A stretch of 53,196 nt of DNA. Source: Isurus oxyrinchus. Lineage: Eukaryota. Shown here piece by piece: positions 1 to 10,711 of the stretch. Each line of letters opens with the position of its first letter. Positions within the stretch are counted from its first letter, which is position 1. The notes beneath the pieces were generated by a model. It was given only the letters and a program-made list of their open reading frames with translations. It was not told the DNA's origin and did no database searches. The stretch is from contig JANJGN010000033.1 in the NCBI GenBank assembly GCA_026770705.1, positions 9,310,805-9,364,000 of the forward strand, given 5' to 3'. Position numbers and translations under genes: made by a program.

Positions 1-99
1 GCTCTTCAAATACAATAAGCATTAAATGTACGAGATATTGTGTGGGATACTGAGTTGTACAATTTTAAAACACTTCTCCAACTAAGGTTCCTCCCGCCC

Positions 100-720
100 A
101 CTGGAGTATACAGGGGCCGAATCGGGCAGTGGTCGTTGGCCCGGGAAGATGGCCGCCGCCCGCGATCCGGCCCCGCCCGCGATTTCGGCCAATCGACGGC
201 CAGCCAGCGTAAAACGCACGCCGTGGGCGCTCAGCGCTGCCGGGATGGAGGCGAGGCTGTGGGGGGTGGAGGGGGGGGTGGGTGGGGGGGGGGGGGGAGT
301 GGGGGAGTGGGGGAAGGGGGGAGGAGGGCGAGCGCTGATGCTCGGGGGCCGGGTAACAGCCCCCTGAAGGCATGGAGCTCCTTCGGGGAGCCCAGGATTT
401 TCAGCGGTCAAAATAAAGGAGCGGAAAGCGGTGTAAAGACGTCCCCTGGCGGCGTGACCCGGTCCCATCAGCGAGAGGTGGGGGGGGGGGGGGGGGGGCG
501 TGGGGGGGGGTGGGGGGAGGGGTGCAAAACGCTCTCGTTTTTAACAAAATAAAAAAATAAAAATCGCTGACCTGCCCGTGAATGAGGTTTGGCCAAAAAT
601 TGCAAAGGCTGCTGGGACTTTTCACCCAGCCGGATGGGCAGCAAAAGGTTTCCGACCCAGGAGTTGACTCAGGGACTCAGTAGCGCCGCTTAATTGTCGG
701 GAAACCAGAGGCTGGAGACC
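100..720. other. CpG/GC-rich segment (CpG-island-like or GC-rich transposon end)
   Basis: High CpG density, G-runs, AAGATGGCCGCC (YY1-like), CCCCGCCC and CCAAT motifs. No convincing coding signal. Confidence 0.35.
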
Positions 721-721
721 C

Positions 722-934
722 GAAACGAAAACAGAAGCAGGAAATACCTGGAAAGACTCAGCAGGTCTGGCGGCAACGGCGGAGCGGGACACAGTTAACG
801 TTTGGAGTCCTCATGACCCTTCAACTGGAGTTGTTGAAGGGTCACGAGGACTCGAAACGTCAGCTGTGCTCTCCTCCGCCGGTACTGCCAGACCTGCTGA
901 GTTTTTCCAGGTATTTCTGTTTCTGTTTTTGTTT
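722..934. repeat. Palindromic short interspersed element (probably Penelope-derived)
   Basis: Arms are reverse complements (gaaatacctggaaa..ctcagcaggtctggc / gccagacctgctgagtttttccaggtatttc), centred near 828. Same family as 3091-3281. Confidence 0.7.
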
Positions 935-1451
935 CCCATAGGGAAGCAGTTTCTCTTTACAAACCTGGGGCTGGAGTTTTGGGTGTATCGCACCTCGTCT
1001 TTAGGCTGCAAAGTCTTTTTTTTTAATAGGTTGAGTATTATTTGCAAAGGGCTATTTGTGGAGTGTGGCGAATTTTATAGCTGATACGTTATCCTTAACA
1101 ACATTGTTTACACCCAGCTCTTGCATCTCCCTTTCCTCAAACCAATTCGCATGTTGAATGTTTGGAACTCTTCCCCGTTCTCAGTGTCTATTCCAGTCTC
1201 CATTTCAAGAGCTTGAGACCGGAGTTGCAAGAACGTTTCAGGTGAAACTGACCTGAAATCCTTTCCTTCCGCAAGTTCCTCACAGCCCTCAATTTGCCCC
1301 AGAATCAGTTGGCACCAACCTTTTGCCAAAAATGAGTTTTGCTTTAAAACCTTTGCACCCTGTCCATCCCCCCATTGGACCCATTCACTGTCAGACTCCC
1401 TAACCCACTGCTTTTGACACTCATTGTTGCTGTGCGGTACTTTACCTTTAT

Positions 1452-2292
1452 TCATTCACGGGCATGTAGGCATCGCTGGCCAGGCCAGCATTTATTGCCC
1501 ATCCCTAATTGCCCCTTGAGAAGGTGGTGGTGAGCTGCCTTCTTGAGCCGCTGCAGTCCCTGTGGTGTAGGAACACCCACCGCGCTGTTAGGGAGGGAGT
1601 TCCAGGATTTTGGCCCAGCGGCAGTGAAGGAACGGCCAATATATTTCCAAGGCAGGCTGGTGAGTGGCTTGGAGGGGAACTTCAAGGTGGGGGTGTTCCC
1701 CATGTGTCTGCTGCCCTTGTCCTTCTATATGGTAGTGGTCGTGGGTTTGGAAGGTGCTACCGAAAGGGCCTTGGTGAGTGTCTGCAGTGCATCTTGTAGA
1801 TGGTACACACACTGCTGCTACTGTGTGTCGGTGGTGGAGGGAGTGAATGTTTGTGGATGGGGTGCCAATCAAGCGGGCTGCTTTGTCCTGGACAGTGTCG
1901 AGCTTCTTGAGTGTTGTGGGAGCTGCACTCATCCAGGCAAGTGGGGAGTATTCCATCACACTCCTGACTTGTGTCTTGTAGATGGTGGACAGGTTTTGGG
2001 GAATCAGGGGGCGAGTTACTCATCACAGGATTCCTACTCTCTGACCTGCTCCAGTAGCCGCATATATGGCTAGTCCAGTTCATTTTCTGGTTAATGGTAA
2101 CCCCCAGGATGTTGATAGTGGGGGATTCAGTGATGTTAATGCCATTGAACATAAAGGGGCGAAGGTTGGATTCTCTCTTTTTGGAGATGGTCATTGCCTG
2201 GCACTTGTGTGGCACAAATGTTACTTGCCATTTGTCAGCCCAAGCCCGGGTATTGTCCAGGTCTTGCTGCATTTGGACATGGACTGCTTCAA
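1452..2292 (-). mobile_element. CR1-clade LINE 3' fragment (RT C-terminus and tail)
   Basis: Minus-strand frames give QQDLDNTRAWADKWQVTFVPHKCQ, TINILGVTI and MEYSPLAWMSAAPTTLKKLD; family 3' tail at 1452. Confidence 0.85.
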
Positions 2293-3327
2293 GTCTCGCT
2301 TGGTAGCTGAATTAAAACTGATGGCAGTATAGATGAGAAGTAGCTGGGTGTGTTTGTATACAGCTGCAACTTTGCAAATATAAGAGAAGTATTAGGAAAT
2401 AAAAATAGCTTAAGTAAGTTATATTTGTATTTTGTGGCTGTTAGGCATGAACTTTTGGGTTGTTTTTCTGTATTTGTGTGTAAGGTAGCTTGAGTTTCAC
2501 GTTTTAATGAGATTTTTAGACTATTGAAGGGAAGTTAAAACAAACAAGGTGGAAGGAAAAAATGGTGCTGTTGCCTCACCACAGGTGTCTAAAGAGGAAG
2601 GGCCAACAAAAATTCCAAAGGGAGAATGGAGATTGGAAACCCTCATGTGAAAGATGGATTTCAGTGAGACCGGTTGGCTCACCGTGTGACAAGCGTCGGG
2701 TGGGGGGGGGGGAGTTGATGAGGGATCCGTTTGGATCTGTTTGGGGTGGTGTCTGTCACCTGGTTTCAGAGGGTGGCGTGTCTGACCGCAGGTCACCTGT
2801 TGGTTTACATGGAGTGTGCACTTACTGTGAACATTAAAGTATAAGATAGCTTTTGTAGCTTGTGCTATCCTTACTAATCTGTATATATCTGTAAAAGTGT
2901 AGTTGTGGGTGAAGGAGTGTTGTATTATAGTTCATCTTTTCTTGTTTTCTTGTTTAATAAATGTTTTATTCTTTTGTTGAAAGTTCATGGGCTGACTCCT
3001 GTGACTCTGCTCAATAGCCATTCTCCATGCTGCTAAATGAAAAATAAATGTTTGGGTCTATCAGGCCAGGTTCGAACCTGAGATCAGGATAGAAACAAAA
3101 AAACTGCGGATGCTGGATATACAAAACAAAAACAGAAATACCTGGAAAAACTCAGCAGGTCTGGCAGCATTGGCGGAGAAGAGCAAAGTTGACGTTTGAT
3201 GAGGACTCGAAATGTCAACTTTGCTCTTCTCCGCTGATGTTGCCAGACCTGCTGAGTTTTTCTAGGTATTTCTGCTTTTGTCTGAGATCAGGATGCCCAG
3301 TGGTAACATCAGCGCGGAACATAGCAA
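2293..3327 (+). mobile_element. Possible solo LTR (boundaries approximate)
   Basis: Non-coding, AATAAA at ~2956 and ~3043, LTR-like composition; interrupted by the element at 3091-3281. Confidence 0.3.
3091..3281. mobile_element. Palindromic element with 13-bp target-site duplication
   Basis: Inverted arms; direct repeat ctgagatcaggat at 3078-3090 and 3282-3294. Confidence 0.8.
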
Positions 3328-4307
3328 AAGTTTAATCACTCTCGGCAGTGAGATCTATAAACAAGTGTTTCAACAGATTACTTTTCAATTATACTTGGCA
3401 ATGTTCCAGTAATCCCACTCAAATGTTCTGTATTAGTGAAACAAAATATGTGAGAGAAGCAGAATCCAAAAGAATTGTCCTTAACATAAATGATATTCAA
3501 TTTTTAGGGATTTAATTTACCTTAGAACACCTCTAAATGTATATTCAGGTAGAGTAATAAATTAGCCTGTGTGCAGAGTGAAAGGGGATTGAGTAAAGGG
3601 GACACAAATATGGACAGGGAGTAAAGACGTTTGTTCCGTCAATCAATATCTAATCCTATAACATGCTCTGGTGCATCATGTTAACGTACCGCTGGACAAC
3701 ATTTTCCAAAAAAGCGTTGTGGTGCCACCAGCCCTAATTCATTCATTCATGGCGTGATATAGAGGGAAGGTTACGGGTGTGGTCATGTGGGTGGTGTCAA
3801 ATGTCACGGGGTCAGGGTGGAAGATTACGTTTCGGACAAGGGTTCGCTGCTCCCCGTGCAACAAGGTTCCCCGTCCTAGCCCGACGCTCTCTCTCCCTTT
3901 CAGCCTGGGCCTTCAGAGCTCTTGGGAGGTTGTTATTAGGGTTGGGGAGGGGGGTGGGCGGCAGCTGCTCCCAGGGAGCCCAAGTAGGTGGCCAGTTTTG
4001 TTTGAACTAGGAATAGGTCCATCGTGCAGATTGTGCTGCTTGTTTTAAAAATGTTCAAGACGGCTAATGCCACATTAACCGCCCAGGTTGATCTATAACA
4101 GGCCGAAAGCAGGCTGGGGGTCCGGGCCACAGTTCTGAGACAGGACTTCAGTACAGACACACCGATAGCGTCCTGCTCTGGTGCTAAGACTAGTTCCCGA
4201 TGACTGTACACAGGTATGTTTTCACAAGCGAAGAAACACTGATCAACTAGGCTGAGCACAGGACTCGACAAACTGTAACTCCGAATACAGAAGATTAAGG
4301 GGTGATG

Positions 4308-5260
4308 GAAACATAGAAACATAGAAAAATAGGAGCATGAGTAGGCCATTCGGCCCTTCGAGCCTGCTCCGCCATTCATTATGACCATGGCTGACCCTCT
4401 CTCTCAACGTCAAACTCCCGCTCTCTCCCCATAACCCTTGACACCTTTAGAGTCTAGAAATCTATCTATTTCCTGCTTAACTATATTCAATGACTTGGCC
4501 CCCACAGCCTCTGTGATTGAGAATTCCACAGGTTCACCCCCTCTGAGTGAAGAAGTTCCTCCTCATCTCAACCCTAAATGGCCAACCCCGTATCCTGAGG
4601 CTGTGACATCCTTGTTCTAGCCACCCGCCTCCCCATCCCCCCACCCCAGCCAGAGGAAACATCATCCCTGCATCTGTTCTGTCTGGCCCTGTCAGAATTT
4701 TATATGATTCAATGAGATCCCCTTTAATTCTTCTAAACTCCAGTGGATACAGGCCTAGTCAACCCAATATCTCCTCATACAACAGTCCTGCTTGAACCTA
4801 TTCCTCTTGTTTGTAGAGAGCGCGTCCCTGTGTATGAATATATATCACTTCTAGCAAGCATAAGTGAGCCGCATTGAAAGCTCGACTGATTATCTTAAAT
4901 TGGTTGTTAGTGTAGTTAGTAGCGCAGTCAAGATCAAAAAATATGACCCTTTGGTTCTTCATAATAGGCAGAGTACAGATCGTACTCAACCAGCCCGTGT
5001 TGTCAGAATTTTATACACTTCAACAAGATTCCCTCTCATTCTTCTAAACTCCAGTAAACACAGGCCTAGTCGGCCCAATCTCTCCTCATATGACAATCCT
5101 GCCGTCTCAGGAATCAGTCTGGTGAACATTCGCTGCACTCCCTCTATGGTAAGTATATCCTTTCGCAGGTAAGGAGACCAAAACTGCACACAATACTCCA
5201 GGTGTGGTCTCACCAAGGCCCTGTACAGCTGCAGTAAGACATCCTTCCTCCTGTACTCAA
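4308..5260 (-). mobile_element. CR1 LINE 3' end fragments (two pieces, 4308-4790 and 5001-5260)
   Basis: VRPHLEYCVQFWSPYLRKDI..YEERLGRLGL in the minus frame; (catagaaa)n tail at ~4310. Confidence 0.85.
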
Positions 5261-6574
5261 GTGGTTAACATAATTCAAAGATTTGACAGGGTACTTTTCT
5301 GGTGGGAAGGGGGCTAGGCCGTTCGGGGGCGATGTCAGAAAAAGGGCATTGGGAATCTGGAACTCTCTCCCTGCAAAAGCGCTGTCTGGGCCGGGGGTGG
5401 GGGGGGGGGGGGGGTGCTGGTGGGGTGGGGGGTGGTCAACTGCAAATTTTGAGGCTGAAGTTGGTGAGAGTTTTGTTGAGCAAAGGGACTAAGGCTTATG
5501 GAACCAAGGTGATAAAGACGCAGATAACCCATGATCTGACTGAACAGGCTGAATGCTGTTTACAGGTGGCATCATGAAGGCTTTATGGAATGGGTGGGCC
5601 AGTTTCATGGAACTTCAGTCACGAGTTGATATTAAGGGAAGATTAAGGGCGTGGCCAAAGGTCATGTGGTGCAGTTAAATGTCATGGGGTCAGAGTCAAG
5701 GGTTATGTTTTGGGCAAGGGTTTGCTGCTCCTCTAGCAACAAGGTTCTCCATTTTGGTCCGCTTCTCTCTCCCTTTCATCCATTATTCTAGAAGTAGCTT
5801 TTTAGTCCATGTTTGACCTCCATAGCCTCTCTTTCATTTCCCCTTGTTGATAGGTGGTGGCCATTTTGGATCTTGGCCCCAAATTTCTTCTCAAAATGGG
5901 CACCCCGTTAAAGATTCTTCCTGTACAATCATAGGCAAATCACAGGCCAGGATATTAAGGTTCAGACCCCGTGACAGCAGCATCAACTGAATTGCTATAG
6001 CACCGGGAAACTAGCAAAACATCCCAGAGCTTCAAGGGAGCGTTACCGGGCACAGTTTGACATCGAGCCACTTTTGTAGATGTCAGGGCCAAGGGGTCGG
6101 ATTTAAGCTGTGTCTTAAAGGAGCCGTTCAAGGAGGGAATTCCAGAGCTTAGGGTCCAGGCAGCTGAAGGCATGACTGTCGATGGTGGAGTAATAGAAAT
6201 CAGGAGTGCTCAAGAGGCCAAAGTTCAGAGGTGCAGACATCTCAAAGGGTTCTGTGGCTAGAAGCGGTGAGTAGATAGCAGGAGGGGGTTGAAGGGGGTG
6301 GGTGGGGGGTGGAGAGGGTTGGGGAAGGTGGGTGGAGGGAGTTGGAAGAGGTTGGGGAAGGGGGTGGGTGGGGGGTGGGGGAGAGGGTTGGAAGGGGGGT
6401 TTGGGGGAGGGGGTTGAAAAGGGGATTGGTGGGGAGCAGGGATCAGGTCAGTTGAAAACCTGGAGAAGAATTTTAAATATGAGGCATTGCTGAACCACAA
6501 TTTAAGAACGAAATGAGAGAGGAATTTATCAAAAGTTCACAGAGAGAAATGCAAAGATCCAACTGAGTGTTTAC

Positions 6575-6943
6575 CTTGTACAGTGAGGAATGTTCCAGTG
6601 ATGCTTTGCCACCGCTCGTTATAATTTCCTGTTATATCCACACGACAGAAATACCTGTTCTGGTCACGTTGTTTCAGGTTGTTTATCCGGATGGTTCCAG
6701 TGTTTTTCTGATATGGATTTCCCAGGAAATCAATCCGGCCGTGGTAAAGAGGGTGAGTGTAATTCCGTGAGACGTTGAATATAAATTCTCCGTGAAAATT
6801 ATTTCTTCTCCAGTAAATGTTAATCTTTCTGGGTTTGTGTGCTTCTGGGTAAGTGAATGAACAGGGGATATCGATCGATTTCCCTATCAGCCCGTCCAGG
6901 CGCTCAGGCTGGGACACAGTGAAACCATCTCCATTTATCATCA
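6575..6943 (-). CDS. Gene 1 Ig V-set exon, PILR/Siglec-like receptor
   Basis: Acceptor ctctctcccccAG|TG and donor G|GTaaac; 369 bp, phase 1-1; Ig V motifs DIPCSF, YWRR, D-x-x-x-YFCRV, WQSITGTFLTV. Confidence 0.92.
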
Positions 6944-7063
6944 CTGGGGGAGAGAGAAACAGTAAGTGGTTATTTCGGAATCGCCAATAAATCTCATCCA
7001 ATAGAAACCCAGTCCCGGAATGCTCTCAGGAACAGGGAAACTCCGAATCCGAAAGTGCAGCCG

Positions 7064-7600
7064 GTAAATCTGTAAATCTGTTATTCTATATATAAACCAC
7101 ACGAAACCTGAGATTAGATTCCAGTCTGTAACTCTGTAAATCTGTTATTCTATATATAAACCACACGAACCCTGAGATTAGATTCCAGTCTGTAAATCAG
7201 TAAATCTGTTATTCTATATATAAACCACACGAACCCTGAGATTGGATTCCAGTCTGTGACTCAGTAAATCTGTTATTCTATATATAAACCACACGGACAC
7301 TGAGATTAGATTCCAGTCTGTAACTCAGTAGATCTGTTATTCTATATATAAACCACACGAACACTGAGATTAGATTCCAGTCTGTAAATCAGTAAATCTG
7401 TTATTCTATATATAAACCACACGAACCCTGAGATTAGGTTCCAGCCTGTGACTCTCTGCTGGATATCTGTTATCCTATGTATAAACCACCCGAGTCCCTC
7501 GATTGGATTCCAGTCTGTAACTCACCCCTGGGTATCTGTTATTCAATACATAATCCCCCTAAACCCAAGATTAGATTCCAGCCTGTAATTCACTCCTGGG
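7064..7600. repeat. 64-bp minisatellite, intron upstream of V exon 1
   Basis: Unit gtaaatctgttattctatatataaaccacacgaaccctgagattagattccagtctgtaactct; 6 clean units plus degenerate ones. Confidence 0.9.
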
Positions 7601-7603
7601 TAT

Positions 7604-10600
7604 CGGTGGTGGTCAGCACCAACACCCTTCAGAAGAGAAAAGACATCCAGTGCCACAAGAGGATGAATGATCTCCTCTGTTCCACCAGGGTAAGTCACTC
7701 TACTCATCACTCACAACTCACACACTCACAAACCCATCACACACCCACAGGGCCCTCACCCACTGCCAGTTTAAGGGACATCACCATTCACTCTCTCACA
7801 CTCACCGTCATTGTCCTCACCCTGTCCATGGGACCACTCACCACCCACACAGGCCGGGCATACTTATCATCTGGCCCGGCAGGTGTCCTGTTTACACCTT
7901 CTCCATATGTATCCATGCAGGACAAGCTGGCACACAACAAGAGGGAGAGGTCACAGACCAGTGGCAGAATGCCCGAAATCAAGGTCCTCATGGATTTTCA
8001 AACAGAGCCATCCAGCTGGCTGGCGAGGATCTGGAGCGTTCCTGTGCTGACAGTGAGGTCAGTGCTGCTCCACCATGTGAGGATCCAGCAGTGCAACATC
8101 CATCAGACAGCCGGGCCGTGAGTGATGTGTCCTCGTTCACAGGCCACTTCCATTCTCTCATTATCTCTCCTCTCTTCCACAGGCACATCTGCTAAACAGC
8201 CGACAGAGTCCGTGACCCAGGGACTCCAGTCAAACCCCGAAGAGACCTCTGGAGTGGAATCTGGAGGCCCCCTCCCTGAACTCCCATCACAGCCTCACCC
8301 AGACCCTCCACCAGCGCAGAGACACACACCTCGGTGGGTCCTGGCTTTAGAGTAGCTCCTGGTGAGCACAAGCTGCTGTGCACATCTCACTTTCTGATCC
8401 ACAGCAGGTGGAGGCGGGGACTTCCCAGGTCCCCGGCACTCACAGGACTGCTGGAGGCCAGAACGTTGCTGAGTCCGAGTCAGATGATAAGCCTCTGGTC
8501 TCAGTCATTGCACTGTCGCTGGAGCTGCACAGGCAAGCTGGGGAACATCAGGAAGGGATGTCTGATGCACTCCTCAGATTGCAAGGCACGATGGAGGAGT
8601 CTCCGTCTTCAGTCTGAGGTGATAACGCGGCATTGCCAACGCACCGAGGTCAACACTGGCAGGGTGGCAGCCACCATGGAGACCTTGGTCCAGGACATCA
8701 CTCCTGCCCTGCTGCGTGGGCTGAACTCCATCACTGATACCATTGTTGGCCTCCAACAGTGTGTATGTGAGAGGGTGCTGGGCAGCTCGGTCTCACTCCA
8801 ACCACCCCTGCTCCACATGGAGTCAGCCTGGGGCCCTCGGGCACCCATAGGGAGGAGGATCAGCAGGTGTACACTCCGAGCCCACCCACCCAGGGGTCTC
8901 CAGGAGTGTCCGGCCCATCGACCGGCTGTTCCTGTGACCTCCGTAGCTCCAGCTCCACAGGCCAAGGAGGGAGTCACTGCCACACAGCAGGACCTCGAAA
9001 GCAGGCCGGGGCCTTCCAAGTCTCAGCCCTCCAGAGGACTCCCGCCAGGGTCATCACAGACAGGGCTTCACAGTGAGCTGGCTGTCTCCACCTCCACTGT
9101 GGATGTCTGGGTAGCGGCAGGATTAGGAAGGTTAAGGGGAATTAGTTACACAGCCTGGACACGGGTGTTGATCACTTGTACATAATGTTCACTATTGTCA
9201 ATAAACTCCCAAGAATGTCTCCCTGCCTATGGCTCCTTGTTCTGATGAGCAGTGCTCTTGTCACTCAGATGTGAAACCTTTCTGCACAAGATAAAGGCAG
9301 GTGTCTCAGTCCAGGGCCTCTTCCCTGTGTCTGTGCAGCTTTCAGACCACAGTGATGGTCCAGCCTCACACTCCCTGGAAACATTACTGATACCTGCACC
9401 TCGGTGGTGCTGGTCATTGCTGCCAGAATGTAATGGGCAGGGCCACAGGGTTCTCCCATTCTCTCAATGTGTTCTCAGTGCCTGTAAAGTGAAGCTGGCC
9501 CCATCTCTTCAGCGTCTGTGACCACTGATGCTGTTCCCCAGCTCCTGAAGGGCTCAGGTGCTGAAGGTGGACAAAGCATCAGATACTTCTAAAGTTTCAT
9601 GGCTGTGTCTCTATGATATGACCCTGATCATGGAACGCAAGCGAGCTGCCCTCGGCCAGACAGACATTCTCAGAGACCATGTGAAGATCTATGGAGTGTC
9701 CTCACTGCATCATCATCTCCCTGTGTTTGAGTGACTATTAGGGCCTCCACTGCATCTCCACGACAGGAGCATTCTCACAGAGGCTGTTTGTGCTGCCATA
9801 AGCCAGACTGGAATCAAACGTTCACAACTGGGATGTGAGGGTCTACGGAGACACCTCATTGCATCTGGTCATCATCCACCACAAATCTAGCAGCTATGAG
9901 GGACTCCTGAGTGTGCCATCCTCGTCTGGCCAGTACGAGGGCCTCATCCTCCTCATTGTCACCTCCAAGGACCTCCTCACCCTCAAGTTCCTCATCAGAG
10001 GAGATGCGCAGCTACACCAACTCCTCCTCAGCCAGCTCCTCTCCCTGTTGCAGTGTCAGGTTGTAAAGGGCGCAGCAGACGACGATGTGTGAGACTCTCT
10101 GTGGACTGTGTTGCAGGGCTCCACCAGACCGGTCCAGGCACCGGAACCTCCATATCCAACATCCCGATGGTCTGCTTCACCAAGTTGGGAGTTGCTGCAT
10201 GAGCCTCATTATAGCGTCGCTCTGCTGCAGTCTGAGGCTGCTGCACGGGTGTCATCAGCCACAGTCTCTGTGGGTAACCCTTGTCCCTGAGGAGCCATCC
10301 CTGCAGCCTCTGTGGATGGATGATCTGGCGGGGGTGGAGGGGGGGTGGGCTGCAAGAACCTGTCGGGATGGCTTTTTAATGAGATGCTGGTGTATTACGA
10401 TGCGCTCCCTGACAACCGTTGGCGGGAATCTCGTCCCACCATTGGTGGGCTGAGCGAGCGATTGTGACCTGCCTTCCTGTTGTCGTGAAGCTGATGGCGC
10501 CATATTGACCACACACGCCACCCATCATGCCCGCTGCCCGCCAGGAAACTCCACCCAAAGCTGCTGATTTTTGGGAGCAGAGGCAGTGACTGGGGTGGGG

Positions 10601-10700
10601 GGGTGTGGGGGGGATGGTGTTGATCTTTAACTGGTTCCTGGGCCACCCTCTCTTGTGTAACTGAAACACCTCCCACCCCCTCAGCCATCAGCGTCAGAGA
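7604..10700. mobile_element. Degenerate PIF/Harbinger DNA transposon (Myb/SANT gene on +, DDE transposase on -)
   Basis: Plus-strand exons KRKDIQCHKRMNDLL and DKLAHNKRERSQT joined by a GT-AG intron (7690-7920). Minus strand gives DKGY..LMTPV..AERRYNEAH..QTIGML (HARBI1-like). Confidence 0.82.
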
Positions 10701-10711
10701 TACGACACCAG

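Noticed and set aside
1108-1455. 115-aa minus-strand ORF as a possible gene 1 cytoplasmic exon
   Set aside because: Start lies in a LINE tail; no ITIM, no TM and no recognisable homology. Left unassigned.
6537-6600. Rearranging Ig/TCR/NAR V segments
   Set aside because: V exons include the G strand and end in a splice donor; no heptamer-nonamer RSS follows them, and there are no J or C segments.
6944-7001. N-terminal MDEIYWRFRNNHLLFLSPP in the ORF track
   Set aside because: Intronic polypyrimidine tract with a non-ATG start; the true N-terminus comes from the leader exons.
10028-10300. Domesticated HARBI1 host gene
   Set aside because: Frameshifts, stops and deletions in both copies; it is a transposon remnant.
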